The notes beneath the pieces are model-generated. The model worked only from the letters and a program-made list of their open reading frames with translations, was not told where the DNA came from and did not search any database. A stretch of DNA of 64,000 nt from Deltaproteobacteria bacterium (GTDB lineage Bacteria > CALINM01), in NCBI GenBank assembly GCA_037442505.1, contig JBBIPZ010000001.1, positions 37,229 through 101,228 of the forward strand, given 5' to 3'. This document shows, piece by piece, positions 48,481-58,835 of the stretch. The position numbers and the translations under genes were made by a program. Numbering within the stretch: position 1 is the stretch's first letter; each line of letters opens with the position of its first letter.

Positions 48481-49241
48481 AAAATAGTATTGAAATTGAA
48501 GCAAAGAATCTCTCCTTCTATTACAACGGCGAGACAAAGGCTTTAAAGTCGGTAAACATTGCCATTTACAAAAATTTAGTAACGGCATTGATTGGTCCTT
48601 CGGGATGTGGCAAAACAACATTGCTTAGATGTTTTAACAGGATGCATGATCTCTATCCAAAAAATAGATACGAAGGAGAAATTATTTTCAAGGGAGAAAA
48701 TATTTTCTCGCCTCACATTGATTTAATTGAACTTCGAAGCAAAATAGGTATGGTTTTCCAGAAGCCTACCCCCTTTCCAATGACAATTTTTGATAACATT
48801 GCTTACGGCCTAAGACTCAGAGGTATTAAAAATAAAACTGATATTAAAGACAGAGTTGAGAAAGCTCTTAAGGAAGCAGCATTGTTTGATGAAGTTAAAG
48901 ATAAATTGAATGCTAATGCTATAGAGCTTTCAGGTGGACAGCAACAAAGATTAGTAATAGCAAGGGCTCTTGCAGTAGAACCAGAAATACTTTTGTTTGA
49001 TGAACCGACATCTGCTTTAGACCCCATATCTACAGCCAAAATTGAAGAGCTCATATCGGAGCTAAAGAAAACAGTCACGATAATCATTGTTACCCATAAT
49101 ATGCAACAGGCAGGAAGAATTTCCGACTGGACAGGCTTCATGATGCTTGGAGAGCTTATTGAGTATGATAAGACTGAAAAAATCTTTACCTCACCTTCAA
49201 AAAAATTAACAGAAGAATACATAACAGGGAGATTTGGATAA
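48477..49241 (+). CDS. pstB: phosphate import ATP-binding protein PstB
   Basis: Walker [10 protein letters not shown], signature LSGGQQQRL, Walker [13 protein letters not shown]. Confidence 0.95.
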   Translation: MKNSIEIEAKNLSFYYNGETKALKSVNIAIYKNLVTALIGPSGCGKTTLLRCFNRMHDLYPKNRYEGEIIFKGENIFSPHIDLIELRSKIGMVFQKPTPFPMTIFDNIAYGLRLRGIKNKTDIKDRVEKALKEAALFDEVKDKLNANAIELSGGQQQRLVIARALAVEPEILLFDEPTSALDPISTAKIEELISELKKTVTIIIVTHNMQQAGRISDWTGFMMLGELIEYDKTEKIFTSPSKKLTEEYITGRFG

Positions 49242-49906
49242 TGAAAACGGCAGAAGAACTAAAAAAACTAAGAAATGACATACTACAAATGGCGGCATCG
49301 ATCGAAGCCTCCCTTGGTGATGCAATCAAATCTTTACTTGAAAGAGATGACAGCCTTGCAGAAAAGGTTATTGAAAAAGATAATGTTATCAATAGCTTTG
49401 ATGTTATGATTGATGAAGAATGTATCAAGCTAATTGCTCTGAAACAACCTGTCGCTTCAGAACTTAGATTTATTATCACTGCTATGAAAATTACAAGTGA
49501 TATGGAAAGAATTGGCGATCTATGCGTTAATATTTGTGAAAGGGTTTTTGAGCTAAACAAAGAACCGCAGTTAAAGCCATACAAAGACTTACCGAAAATG
49601 GCTGAAACAGTAAAAATTATGTTACGAGAAGCGATTGATGCCTTTTTACAAAAGGATGTTGATCTTGCCTGTGAGGTAATAAAGAAAGACGACACTGTTG
49701 ACTATTATCTAAACGAAGTAACCAATGAACTTATCACCTTTATGATAAGAGATAGCTCAACAATCTACAGGGCAAATAAGATAACCCATATAGCTAAATA
49801 TTTAGAACGTATCGCTGACCATTGTGTTAACATATCAGAAAACGTTATTTATCTGGTGAAAGGAAAAATTATAAGGCATACTGAGTTTTCTCAGGATATA
49901 TGCTAA
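49241..49906 (+). CDS. phoU: phosphate signalling complex protein PhoU
   Basis: 221 aa. Two PhoU repeats with E/D-x-x-x-D motifs (MERIGDLCVN, LERIADHCVN). Confidence 0.9.
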   Translation: MKTAEELKKLRNDILQMAASIEASLGDAIKSLLERDDSLAEKVIEKDNVINSFDVMIDEECIKLIALKQPVASELRFIITAMKITSDMERIGDLCVNICERVFELNKEPQLKPYKDLPKMAETVKIMLREAIDAFLQKDVDLACEVIKKDDTVDYYLNEVTNELITFMIRDSSTIYRANKITHIAKYLERIADHCVNISENVIYLVKGKIIRHTEFSQDIC

Positions 49907-49915
49907 AATTGTGAT

Positions 49916-50605
49916 ATGGCAAACAAAATTTTCCTTTTAGAAGATGAAGAAGACATCTGTATATTAATCAAGCATAATCTGGAAAAAGAGGGGTTTAAAG
50001 TATCCTTTTTTTTAACTCCCAACGAGTTTCTTGAGGCATACAGAAAAGAAAAGTTTGACCTCCTTCTATTAGACCTTATGCTTCCTGAAATGAGTGGCTT
50101 AGAAGTTTTAAAGATACTTAGAAAAGAACCTGAAAAAAAAGATGTGCCCGTAATAGTCTTAACCGCTAAAAATACAGAATTTGATAAGGTATTAGGACTC
50201 GAGTTAGGCGCAGATGATTATATCACAAAACCATTTAGTATCAATGAACTCATCGCAAGGGTTAAGGCTGTTTTAAGGAGAATAAAAAAAGAACCAGAAA
50301 GTGATGATATTATTGAATTTGAAGGGATAAAAATATATCCATCATCATTTCAGGCATTTGTGGACAATAAAAAAATAGACTTAACAAAAACAGAGTTTAT
50401 GCTACTTAAACTTCTAATTTCAAATAAAAACAAAGTACTATCACGAGAACAGTTACTTGACTCTCTCTGGGGTAATGAAAAGATAGTGATAGATAGAACA
50501 ATTGATGTTCATATAAAAAAGCTTCGTGATAAACTTGGTAAATACGGTGATTATATAAAGACAGTTCGAGGTGTTGGCTATATATTTGAAGGAAACAATG
50601 AATGA
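49916..50605 (+). CDS. phoB: OmpR-family response regulator, PhoB-like by operon context
   Basis: Receiver domain (LLLDLMLP, conserved Asp) plus winged-helix C-terminus. Directly after pstSCAB-phoU. Confidence 0.75.
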   Translation: MANKIFLLEDEEDICILIKHNLEKEGFKVSFFLTPNEFLEAYRKEKFDLLLLDLMLPEMSGLEVLKILRKEPEKKDVPVIVLTAKNTEFDKVLGLELGADDYITKPFSINELIARVKAVLRRIKKEPESDDIIEFEGIKIYPSSFQAFVDNKKIDLTKTEFMLLKLLISNKNKVLSREQLLDSLWGNEKIVIDRTIDVHIKKLRDKLGKYGDYIKTVRGVGYIFEGNNE

Positions 50606-51819
50606 CTTTAGCATTCATAACACTTTTATTGCTCCTTTTAATATCCCTCTTTTACATTTTCAGATTAAAAAGGAGTATTGTTGAGCTTACTAAATATCTT
50701 GAGCATATAATTCAGGACAAAAAATTAAAAAAGATCTTTTTTCACAGAAAAGGCTTTAATTACGATACCATTCTGACTATAAAAAAAATTGAAGATCGGA
50801 TCGAAAATCTAAAAGTAAGGCTTGAAAAAAAAGAGAAGCTTCTCGAAAAATTATTCTACTCGGTGCCCATACCCCTTGCATTCTTTACAAAAGATGGAAA
50901 GCTGGAATTTAAAAACTACTCCTTTGAAAAGCTTTTTGGAGATATAAGCAACTTAGATGATTTGAAAAACCTTTTGAGAAAAGAAAGTTTTTACGAAATT
51001 ACCAGAGAAACAGCAGATAAAATTGAAAAGAGAAATACCGAAATAGAATGGAAAAACCGTTTCTATTCAGTAAATCTCGACATAGTTAGATTTGAACAGA
51101 GAGAATCTTACCTTATATCCTTTCTTGACATAACAGAATTGAAAAAAACCCAGATTATAAAAGCCGAGTTTACGTCAAATGTATCCCACGAGCTAAAAAC
51201 ACCACTTACAGTAATTAAAGGCTTCATAGAAACATTAGAAAAAGAGCTGCCTGAAGATAAACTATATATGATAAAAACAATAAAAAGGCACATAGATAGG
51301 CTACAAAACCTTGTAAGTGACATATTGATGTTAGACATGGTTGAATCGGAGAAAAACATAATTTTTGAATCCTTTGATTTAAATGTAACAGTTCAAACAG
51401 CTATATCACTTTTAGAAAAGGAAGCAAAAGAAAAAAACATCGAAATAATTTTCAAAAACGAAGTAGACTTAACAGTCAATGGAGACAGTTTTTTAATACT
51501 ACAGGCTTTGATCAATATCCTTACAAATGCAATTAAATATACGCCTGTCGGTGGTAATATCACTCTTAAGATAGGCAAAAATGACGGTAAAATATTTTTT
51601 TTCTGCAAAGACACAGGAATTGGTATTCCTTCTCAGCATTTACCTCGCATCTTCGAACGTTTTTACGTAGTAGATAAATCACGCTCAAGACAGATGGGAG
51701 GCACAGGGCTCGGTCTTTCAATAGTAAAACACATCATTGAGCTTCATAAAGGAAACATAACAGTTAACAGCGAACCAGGCAAAGGCACAGAATTTATTAT
51801 AGAACTGCCAGTTATGTAA
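50602..51819 (+). CDS. phoR: sensor histidine kinase, PhoR-like by operon context
   Basis: N-terminal TM segment, PAS-like region, HisKA (SNVSHELKTPLT) and HATPase_c (DTGIGIP, GGTGLGLSIVK). Confidence 0.75.
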   Translation: MTLAFITLLLLLLISLFYIFRLKRSIVELTKYLEHIIQDKKLKKIFFHRKGFNYDTILTIKKIEDRIENLKVRLEKKEKLLEKLFYSVPIPLAFFTKDGKLEFKNYSFEKLFGDISNLDDLKNLLRKESFYEITRETADKIEKRNTEIEWKNRFYSVNLDIVRFEQRESYLISFLDITELKKTQIIKAEFTSNVSHELKTPLTVIKGFIETLEKELPEDKLYMIKTIKRHIDRLQNLVSDILMLDMVESEKNIIFESFDLNVTVQTAISLLEKEAKEKNIEIIFKNEVDLTVNGDSFLILQALINILTNAIKYTPVGGNITLKIGKNDGKIFFFCKDTGIGIPSQHLPRIFERFYVVDKSRSRQMGGTGLGLSIVKHIIELHKGNITVNSEPGKGTEFIIELPVM

Positions 51820-51910
51820 GATATTGAATATTCAATTAACTATGAACAATATAGTTGGTCTGACGTAGGGTGCAAAACCAAGAAGTGCCTTTGAGAATTT
51901 AAACTTAAAA

Positions 51911-51928
51911 AGGGGGGGAGCATCCCCC
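51911..51928. terminator. bidirectional rho-independent terminator (G7-AGCAT-C6) between convergent phoR and the octaheme cytochrome gene
   Basis: GC stem flanked by AAAAA on the left and TTAAAGTAGTTTATTTTTT on the right, so it reads as a terminator on both strands. Confidence 0.6.
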
Positions 51929-51939
51929 CTTAAAGTAGT

Positions 51940-53181
51940 TTATTTTTTGTGTTCCTTTCTTAACCTTTCAGCATCTTCTTTAATACGTGCAGCAGCTTCT
52001 TTCACCTTTGCCCAGCCATACCAGTGCATATAGTCTGGGTTAGCATGGAAAGCACCCTGAAAAGCTCTCATTCTATATTCAAGGAATATGAGGTACAGTT
52101 CTTGTTCTGCCGCAGTTTTTGCTTCATAAAACTGCAGGAGATCTGGAGCAAATTTCCAGCCCGCTGGTTTCTGCAATATTCCATCGTCATAAAGAGCTTT
52201 AACAGTTCTGATTGAATCAGCAAAGATTTTATCAACATCTTTAATCACCGATTCCGCAGCCCTGTAGTTTTCTTCAGCAAAGCTTTTTGAGTGGCACTTT
52301 GAACAGGTTTCGATCATTCTGTTTCTATATTTATCGAATTCTTCTTTAGAGAGTCTTGCTACCTTAGCTGCCTTCACAGCCTCGATTCTTTCTGTTGGAT
52401 TACCTTTTTCATCGAGTACTCCCAATGCCTGAAGAATTGTCACTCTGTCATTAAGCCAATCTTTATCATCTTCTGGAAGTCTTAATGCCAGAAAGCCCCA
52501 TGCAGTCATTACATCATGTTTGCCATCGGGCATATGACATGTCTGACATGATGGTGCTCTGCCTGAAGATGGTTCTAACTCCCAGATCGTGCCGTGTTTA
52601 GATGTCTGCCACATCTCCCATTGAGGATGATCAAATCCCATGTGACATGTCCTGCAAGCCCTTGGATCCTTAGCTTCTTTCACTGAAAAGCTGTGTCTTG
52701 TATGACACGAATCGCATTGAGCTGCCCCGTATCTCTTAATATCATCTAAGGCTTTATCTCCAATTTTGTGACATGCCGAACAGCCTTTCAAATCTCCACC
52801 GCCAACAGTTGGAGGTTGATGATTGATCATTGGCATCGCTTTCATAGCTGCCCAGGCAAGGGCATGTTTTCCTTCTTTAAACTCTTTTACCCTGCCAGGA
52901 TGACATTTTGCACAAGTATCTGGAGTGGGAATTTTAGCCTTTTTTGCATCATCCATTCCATTGTGTTCAGAACCATGACATCCTGAACAATCCATCACCT
53001 TTGACATTTTCCCTTCGATAAATTGTGCCACGATACCCGGAGTTACCTTTTCATGACAGGTGATACAGGCAGACTTTTTTGTTTCAGACTTTTTTGCTGT
53101 GGCTTTTTTAGCTGCTTCAGACGTATTGAAAAGAAGCAAAGAAGCTAAAATTAGCCAGAAACCGATAACTGTCTTCTTCAT
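51940..53181 (-). CDS. octaheme c-type cytochrome (eight CxxCH motifs; Hao/Otr/ONR-superfamily-like)
   Basis: Start taken at the ATG (MKKTVIGFWLILASLLLF), which has an AGGAGG RBS 7 nt upstream and a signal peptide. Heme motifs CITCH, CSGCH, CAKCH, CSACH, CDSCH, CRTCH, CQTCH, CSKCH. Helical C-terminal region. Confidence 0.85.
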   Translation of the reverse strand: MKKTVIGFWLILASLLLFNTSEAAKKATAKKSETKKSACITCHEKVTPGIVAQFIEGKMSKVMDCSGCHGSEHNGMDDAKKAKIPTPDTCAKCHPGRVKEFKEGKHALAWAAMKAMPMINHQPPTVGGGDLKGCSACHKIGDKALDDIKRYGAAQCDSCHTRHSFSVKEAKDPRACRTCHMGFDHPQWEMWQTSKHGTIWELEPSSGRAPSCQTCHMPDGKHDVMTAWGFLALRLPEDDKDWLNDRVTILQALGVLDEKGNPTERIEAVKAAKVARLSKEEFDKYRNRMIETCSKCHSKSFAEENYRAAESVIKDVDKIFADSIRTVKALYDDGILQKPAGWKFAPDLLQFYEAKTAAEQELYLIFLEYRMRAFQGAFHANPDYMHWYGWAKVKEAAARIKEDAERLRKEHKK

Positions 53182-53317
53182 ATATGCCCTCCTTATTTTT
53201 GATGATGTTACCATACAATGAAACATATATCTGAATCTTTGACTTTTGTCAAAAATTGGGAAATTTTGATTGTGACTAAGTTTGAGTAGTTTATTTTAGT
53301 AAGAAATATTCAGGTTT

Positions 53318-54688
53318 TTAGCCTAATTCATCAAACGGTCTAACTCTGAATTGAACTTTTAATGTATTTTCTGCAAATGAACGGATTTTTTCTATATCAA
53401 GACCAGGAACGGCAACTGCAGAAACTGTAACTTCTTTAATGTGTTTTTTTGCAGAATTTATGAACTCTATCAAACTATCAAATGCGCCGATAATAGCTGG
53501 TTGACACAACTTTTCGTATGTTTCTCTATCTGCAGCATTAAGGCTGATAGATACTGAATCGATTAAATCTTTAATTTCTGGGACAACATCCCTCCCTGTC
53601 CTCAGGTTTGCAAGACCATCAGTGTTTAAACGTATTTTTTTGGTTCCTCTTTGTTTAAGTTTTTTAGCAAGTTCTTTTATTAACTCTAACCTGATAGTTG
53701 GCTCACCATAACCGCAGAACACAACTTCGTCATATTTATCTATGTCGTCAGGCATTGCTTGAATAAAATCATAAAGTGAAGGTTCTTTTGAAAGTCTAAG
53801 GTAATGTCCTTTTACGTAAAAGTCTCTCTGCTTGCCACAAAAAACACACCTGTTTGTGCATTTGTTCGTAATGTTAATGTAAAGGGAGTTTCTGATTTTG
53901 TAAAAAATTTTTGCATCAGCCTCTTTTGCTAAACCAAAAATCTTCAATGTGTTGGTGTAGATAGTTCGCTTTACATCCTCTTCAGGCAGGTTTTTTAACT
54001 CTGCGATGCGTTTAACGCTGTATTTGACAAAAGAAGGCTCATTTCTTTTGCCTCTTAATGGCTCTGGTGCAATAAATGGGGCGTCTGTTTCAGACAGGAT
54101 ATAATCAAGCGGTATCGTCTTAACAACGTCGTGAACATTGGTTGCCTTTTTGAATGTAACCGTTCCAGGAATTGAAATGTAGTAGCCCATCGATATGTAT
54201 TTTTTTGCATCATCAATATTGCCTGAAAAGCAGTGGATAATGCCTCTTAATACCCTCTTTTTTAAGACCTCTTGGGCCTCTTTGTGTGCTTCGCGAATAT
54301 GAATCATCACAGGTTTTTTCAGACGTTCAGCAAGCGTAAGTTGTCTTTCAAAAACTTCTATCTGTTTTTCGCGCGGTGAGTAATTTTTAAAAAAATCAAG
54401 ACCAATTTCACCTAGTATCAAACATTTGGGATGCGAAAGTGTTTGTTCAAGTTGTTTTTCTATTTTATCGTTGTAAATGAGCGCTTCGTGTGGATGTACA
54501 CCAACAGCAGCATAAATAAAATCGTTTTGTTCAGCAATATTTATCGCCTTTTGCCAGTATTTAGGCTCAATCCCAACGGTGCAGATAAACGTAAGCCCTG
54601 TCTCTCTTGCACGTTGAATAACTTCTTCACAATCGTTATCAAATTCTGGCAACTCTAAATGTGTGTGAACATCAACATAACCGAACAT
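53318..54688 (-). CDS. TatD-family metal-dependent hydrolase fused to a C-terminal radical SAM domain
   Basis: N-terminus (VDVHTHLE...GLDF...HCFSG) is TatD-like. C-terminal ~190 aa carries CTNRCVFCGK, a Cx3Cx2C radical SAM motif. Directly downstream of metG, as the metS-tatD pair is in other bacteria. Confidence 0.8.
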   Translation of the reverse strand: MFGYVDVHTHLELPEFDNDCEEVIQRARETGLTFICTVGIEPKYWQKAINIAEQNDFIYAAVGVHPHEALIYNDKIEKQLEQTLSHPKCLILGEIGLDFFKNYSPREKQIEVFERQLTLAERLKKPVMIHIREAHKEAQEVLKKRVLRGIIHCFSGNIDDAKKYISMGYYISIPGTVTFKKATNVHDVVKTIPLDYILSETDAPFIAPEPLRGKRNEPSFVKYSVKRIAELKNLPEEDVKRTIYTNTLKIFGLAKEADAKIFYKIRNSLYINITNKCTNRCVFCGKQRDFYVKGHYLRLSKEPSLYDFIQAMPDDIDKYDEVVFCGYGEPTIRLELIKELAKKLKQRGTKKIRLNTDGLANLRTGRDVVPEIKDLIDSVSISLNAADRETYEKLCQPAIIGAFDSLIEFINSAKKHIKEVTVSAVAVPGLDIEKIRSFAENTLKVQFRVRPFDELG

Positions 54689-54689
54689 T

Positions 54690-56576
54690 TTACTTTACCT
54701 TAGCTCCAGTCCTTATTTCTTTTTCGGTTGTAATTATTGATAGTCCGTTGTTATCTGATGCAGCAAGCAACATTCCCTGTGATTCTATGCCCATTAACTT
54801 TGTTGGTTTTAAGTTGGCAACAAAGACAATACATTTACCTACCATCTCTTCGGGTGTGTAAAATTTGCCTATACCTGCTACTATCGTGCGCTCTTTAGTG
54901 CCATCTGAAACAAGCATTTTTATCAATTTGTCAGATTTTTGGACCTTTTCTGCAGCTAAAACCTTTCCAACTTTAAGTTCAATTTTTGCAAAATCATCAA
55001 TAGTGATGTAGTTTTCTTCTGTTTTTATCTCTGTGGCTTCTTTTTTGTCCAATTCTATACGTGGAAAGAGGTCTTTGCCTTCTTTTACAGTAAGTGTTGC
55101 AGGAAAAGCCGCATAGTTTCTATATTCTTTATTTTCTTTCAGTAGATTATAAACAGTTTTTGGTATGCCAATGCTTTCAAATATTTTATCGGCAGTAGCG
55201 GGCATAAATGGGGAAATCATTATCGATACACCCCTTATTCCTTCTAATAAATTAGATAGTACTGTGTTTAATTTGACATTTTCTTTTTTCTTGTGAAGGG
55301 CCCATGGTTCTGTTTCTACAATAAATTTGTTCAGTATATTGATGAAACCCCATGTAGCCTCTAACGCTCTACTAAAAGAGCAAGTAGACATAGCCTCATC
55401 ATAAGCTGATATGGTTGTATCAAATTGAGTTTTTAGAGTATTATCAATACCAGCAGTGGCGGGCGTTTGATATGTTCCGCCTGCGAACTTAGTAACCATT
55501 GATGTGCTGCGTTTCACTAAGTTGCCAAGGTCATTGGCAAGGTCGCTATTGAGCCTTTTCACCATTGCGTCGTTCGAAAAATCCCCATCAAGACCAAAAG
55601 GAACTTCTCTAAGCAAGAAGTATCTAAATTGGTCAACACCATATTTATCGGCAAGTGCAAAAGGATCTATTGCGTTTCCCAGAGATTTACTCATCTTTTG
55701 TCCTTCTACTGTCCACCAACCATGTGCAACAACCCTTTTTGGCACAGGAAGGCCCGCTGCAAGCAAGAAACAGGGCCAGAAGATTGCGTGAAATTTAAGT
55801 ATATCCTTTCCAATAAAATGCACTGCTGGCCAATACCTGTTAAATTTATCCATATCGTCAGGGTAACCTGCAGCAGTTATGTAGTTGGTAAGGGCATCAA
55901 ACCATACATAAATAACATGTTTTGGATTTCCAGGGACAGGAATTCCCCATTTTATCGAAGTGCGTGAGATACTCAAATCCTTCAAGCCTTGTTTTATAAA
56001 ATTAACAATTTCGTTTTTTCTTGATTCTGGATAAATGAAATCCGGGTTTTTCTCTATGTGTTCAAGTAGTGCGTCGCCATACTTTGACAGCCTGAAAAAA
56101 TAGCTCTCTTCTTTAAGCTTCTCCACATTACGTTTACATTCGGGGCATTTACCGTCTATCAATTGTGAATCAGTTAAAAATGTTTCGCATGGCACACAGT
56201 ACCAGTCCTCGTATTCACCTAAATAAATATCACCTTTTTCAAGAATCGTCTTAAAAAGATGGCTAACGGTGTGATAATGCCTTGCTTCTGTTGTTCTTAT
56301 AAAGTCGTTATTTGATATGTTGAGTTTTTTCCATAAATTTTGAAAATTTACAACAACACGATCTGCAAGTTCTTTAGGTGCTAACCCTTGTGCCTTGGCG
56401 GTTTTTTCGATCTTTTGCCCATGTTCATCCGTACCAGTTAGAAAAAATACATCCTTTCCAAGCAGTCTGTAATACCGCGCAAGGGTGTCAGCAGCGATTG
56501 TAGTGTAAGCATGCCCAATGTGAGGAACATCATTAACATAATATATTGGCGTAGTAACATAAAATGTGTCTTTCAC
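54690..56576 (-). CDS. metG: methionine--tRNA ligase with C-terminal tRNA-binding domain
   Basis: 628 aa. HIGH (PIYYVNDVPHIGHAY), KMSKS (KMSKSLGN), CxxC zinc knuckles and an EMAP/Trbp111-like C-terminus. Confidence 0.95.
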   Translation of the reverse strand: MKDTFYVTTPIYYVNDVPHIGHAYTTIAADTLARYYRLLGKDVFFLTGTDEHGQKIEKTAKAQGLAPKELADRVVVNFQNLWKKLNISNNDFIRTTEARHYHTVSHLFKTILEKGDIYLGEYEDWYCVPCETFLTDSQLIDGKCPECKRNVEKLKEESYFFRLSKYGDALLEHIEKNPDFIYPESRKNEIVNFIKQGLKDLSISRTSIKWGIPVPGNPKHVIYVWFDALTNYITAAGYPDDMDKFNRYWPAVHFIGKDILKFHAIFWPCFLLAAGLPVPKRVVAHGWWTVEGQKMSKSLGNAIDPFALADKYGVDQFRYFLLREVPFGLDGDFSNDAMVKRLNSDLANDLGNLVKRSTSMVTKFAGGTYQTPATAGIDNTLKTQFDTTISAYDEAMSTCSFSRALEATWGFINILNKFIVETEPWALHKKKENVKLNTVLSNLLEGIRGVSIMISPFMPATADKIFESIGIPKTVYNLLKENKEYRNYAAFPATLTVKEGKDLFPRIELDKKEATEIKTEENYITIDDFAKIELKVGKVLAAEKVQKSDKLIKMLVSDGTKERTIVAGIGKFYTPEEMVGKCIVFVANLKPTKLMGIESQGMLLAASDNNGLSIITTEKEIRTGAKVK

Positions 56577-57310
56577 TTACCGTTCTCCTTTTCATCAAGT
56601 TTGTTAAGTGTTTCAATATCTGTAGGCTCTTCTAAAGATAAAAGATATGATTTGTCAATATGGCAAAGGTCTCCACCATCTATGTAGTTTAACATTTCGT
56701 AGTTTAGACAGCACATCAACCTGCCACACATGCCAGAAAGTTTAGATGGATTTAAGGGAAGGCCTTGATTTCTAATCATCTTTATAGATATTGGATTAAA
56801 ACCTGATAAAAACTTCGAACAACAAAGCTCTCTCCCGCATATAGCAACCCCACCACATAGTTTGGCACCATCCCTGACACCTATCTGACGCATCTCTATG
56901 CGTGTCTTGAATATCCTTGCAAGGTCTTTTACAAGCTCTCTAAAATCTATTCGTCCATCTGCAGTGAAGTAAAAAATTAGTTTGGTTCTATCGAGTGTGT
57001 ATTCAGTGGCTACAAGCTTCATCGGTAAACCATGATTTTCTATCTGTTGCAATCCAATTTTAAATGCTTCTTTTTCGTCTATCTGGTTAGTTTTGTATGC
57101 TTCTAAATCTTCTTCTGACACTTTTCGCATAATTTTTTTTATTTCGGTTTCGGGGGCAGGCAGGTCTTTAGGTGGTATGACGACCTTCCCAACGGTCAAT
57201 CCTCTTTCTGTTTCTGCAACGACAAGATCACCATAGTTTAGTTCAATACCATCGGGGTCGAACAGGTAAATCTTTATAGAAGATTTAAAACGTATTCCAG
57301 TAAGTATCAT
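56573..57310 (-). CDS. ricT: PSP1-domain protein (RicT/YaaT-like)
   Basis: 245 aa with Cys-rich PSP1 C-terminal domain motifs (LCGGVAICGRELCCSKF, CGRLMCC). Conserved tmk-holB-yaaT neighbourhood. Confidence 0.75.
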   Translation of the reverse strand: MILTGIRFKSSIKIYLFDPDGIELNYGDLVVAETERGLTVGKVVIPPKDLPAPETEIKKIMRKVSEEDLEAYKTNQIDEKEAFKIGLQQIENHGLPMKLVATEYTLDRTKLIFYFTADGRIDFRELVKDLARIFKTRIEMRQIGVRDGAKLCGGVAICGRELCCSKFLSGFNPISIKMIRNQGLPLNPSKLSGMCGRLMCCLNYEMLNYIDGGDLCHIDKSYLLSLEEPTDIETLNKLDEKENGK

Positions 57311-58236
57311 AATTCCTCACGTAATTTTATAGAAATAAGCAACGTCTCGATAATAAACGAGCGTGTTATATTATACCTTAAAAGTTTAGCAAAATTAATA
57401 GCTTTCTCTAACATACTGATATAATTAATAATTTGTCTATTCTTGAAGCCACTTTCTGCAACAATGTTAACAAAGTGTATGTGAATATATGCTGTTAACA
57501 CAGAGAAAAATATTTCTTCTTTATTTTTGTTCACTATATCTTCTGCCAGATTGCAGATTTGAGAAAAGCTTTTATCAGGTAGGTCATTAATAAATTCTTT
57601 AATTAACTCGATGGTTTCAAGATTTTCTGGACTTAAAAACTCCTCTCCCTTTTTTACAGAACCATCGCAAAAAGGCAAGACATCTTTAATCTTAGAAGGT
57701 TCATAGCCATCCTGTAGCAGTATTTTTTCGATAATACTCTCTTCTAATGGAGCAAAATTGATTTTTAGACATCTTGACACAATTGTCGGAAGCAAGTTTT
57801 TAATCAAACCCGTCACTAAAATAATCACTGAGTTAGCAGCAGGTTCTTCTAAAGTTTTTAGAACCGCATTCGATGCCTTGGGATTCATCTTGTGCGCGTC
57901 ATCAATAATAATAACTCTGTATTTGCCTTCAAAAGGTGGTGAAAGGATAAAGCTGCTCGTTTCCTTGATCAGCTCAATCTTAATCTGTTTGGATTCAGTT
58001 GTTAGTAGTCTGATATCAGGATGTAACATTTTAGAGGCTTTGTTACAGCTATTACATTTGTTACAAGGAGTAATGCCACCTGTTTCACAGTTAAGTGTTT
58101 TAGCAAAATTCAGGGCAAAGAGTTTTTTCCCCACACCTTCAGGACCGCAAAATAAATATGCATGAGAAACCTTGCCATTTTTAATGATTTTTTGTAGAAG
58201 TTTTTGAGCCTTTTCGTTACCGAGCAGTTCTTTCAT
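57307..58236 (-). CDS. holB: DNA polymerase III subunit delta'
   Basis: 309 aa. AAA+ N-terminus (HAYLFCGPEGVGKK), Zn module CNKCNSC and IIIDDAHKMN. Confidence 0.85.
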   Translation of the reverse strand: MKELLGNEKAQKLLQKIIKNGKVSHAYLFCGPEGVGKKLFALNFAKTLNCETGGITPCNKCNSCNKASKMLHPDIRLLTTESKQIKIELIKETSSFILSPPFEGKYRVIIIDDAHKMNPKASNAVLKTLEEPAANSVIILVTGLIKNLLPTIVSRCLKINFAPLEESIIEKILLQDGYEPSKIKDVLPFCDGSVKKGEEFLSPENLETIELIKEFINDLPDKSFSQICNLAEDIVNKNKEEIFFSVLTAYIHIHFVNIVAESGFKNRQIINYISMLEKAINFAKLLRYNITRSFIIETLLISIKLREEL

Positions 58237-58835
58237 AAAAGCTTTAAAAAGTCGTTCAGTATTATTGTATGGATTTCGTAAATATCTTTAGTGGAGTCTA
58301 TTAAAAGAATTCTATCTGGGTGCTGTTTTGCAAGATTTATAAAGCCATCTTTGACTCGCTTGTGAAAGTCGTGGTCTTCATTTTCGATGCGATCTTTTTT
58401 CTTTTCTATGCTTCTTTTTTTCATAATTTCTAAGCTGTTATCTAAAAGATATGTACGTGTAATCTTAACCCCGGATGTAACAAAATCATTAAGCGAGGAA
58501 ATCATATCTAATGATAAGCCCCTGCCGTAGCCTTGATAAGCGATGGTTGAATCGGTGAATCTATCACAGATAACAATTTTTTTTGTGTTTAGTGCCGGAA
58601 TGAGCACCTGTTTAACAAGTTCAGCACGTGCTGCCTCAAATAGCAAAAGTTCAGCTACAGCTCCTCCAGAGAATGTTTCTGATAACAATATAGACCTTAT
58701 CTGTTCGGAAAAAGGTGTTCCACCTGGCTCTCTTATACTGATAAATGGCAAATTTCTTCGCTTCAGCTCGTCACAAAGCAGCTTAATCTGCGTAGTTTTC
58801 CCAACGCCTTCAATACCTTCAAAAGTAATAAGCAT
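58233..58835 (-). CDS. tmk: thymidylate kinase
   Basis: 200 aa. P-loop ITFEGIEGVGKTTQ, DRF motif (ICDRFTDSTIAYQG) and a LID region. Confidence 0.9.
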   Translation of the reverse strand: MLITFEGIEGVGKTTQIKLLCDELKRRNLPFISIREPGGTPFSEQIRSILLSETFSGGAVAELLLFEAARAELVKQVLIPALNTKKIVICDRFTDSTIAYQGYGRGLSLDMISSLNDFVTSGVKITRTYLLDNSLEIMKKRSIEKKKDRIENEDHDFHKRVKDGFINLAKQHPDRILLIDSTKDIYEIHTIILNDFLKLL

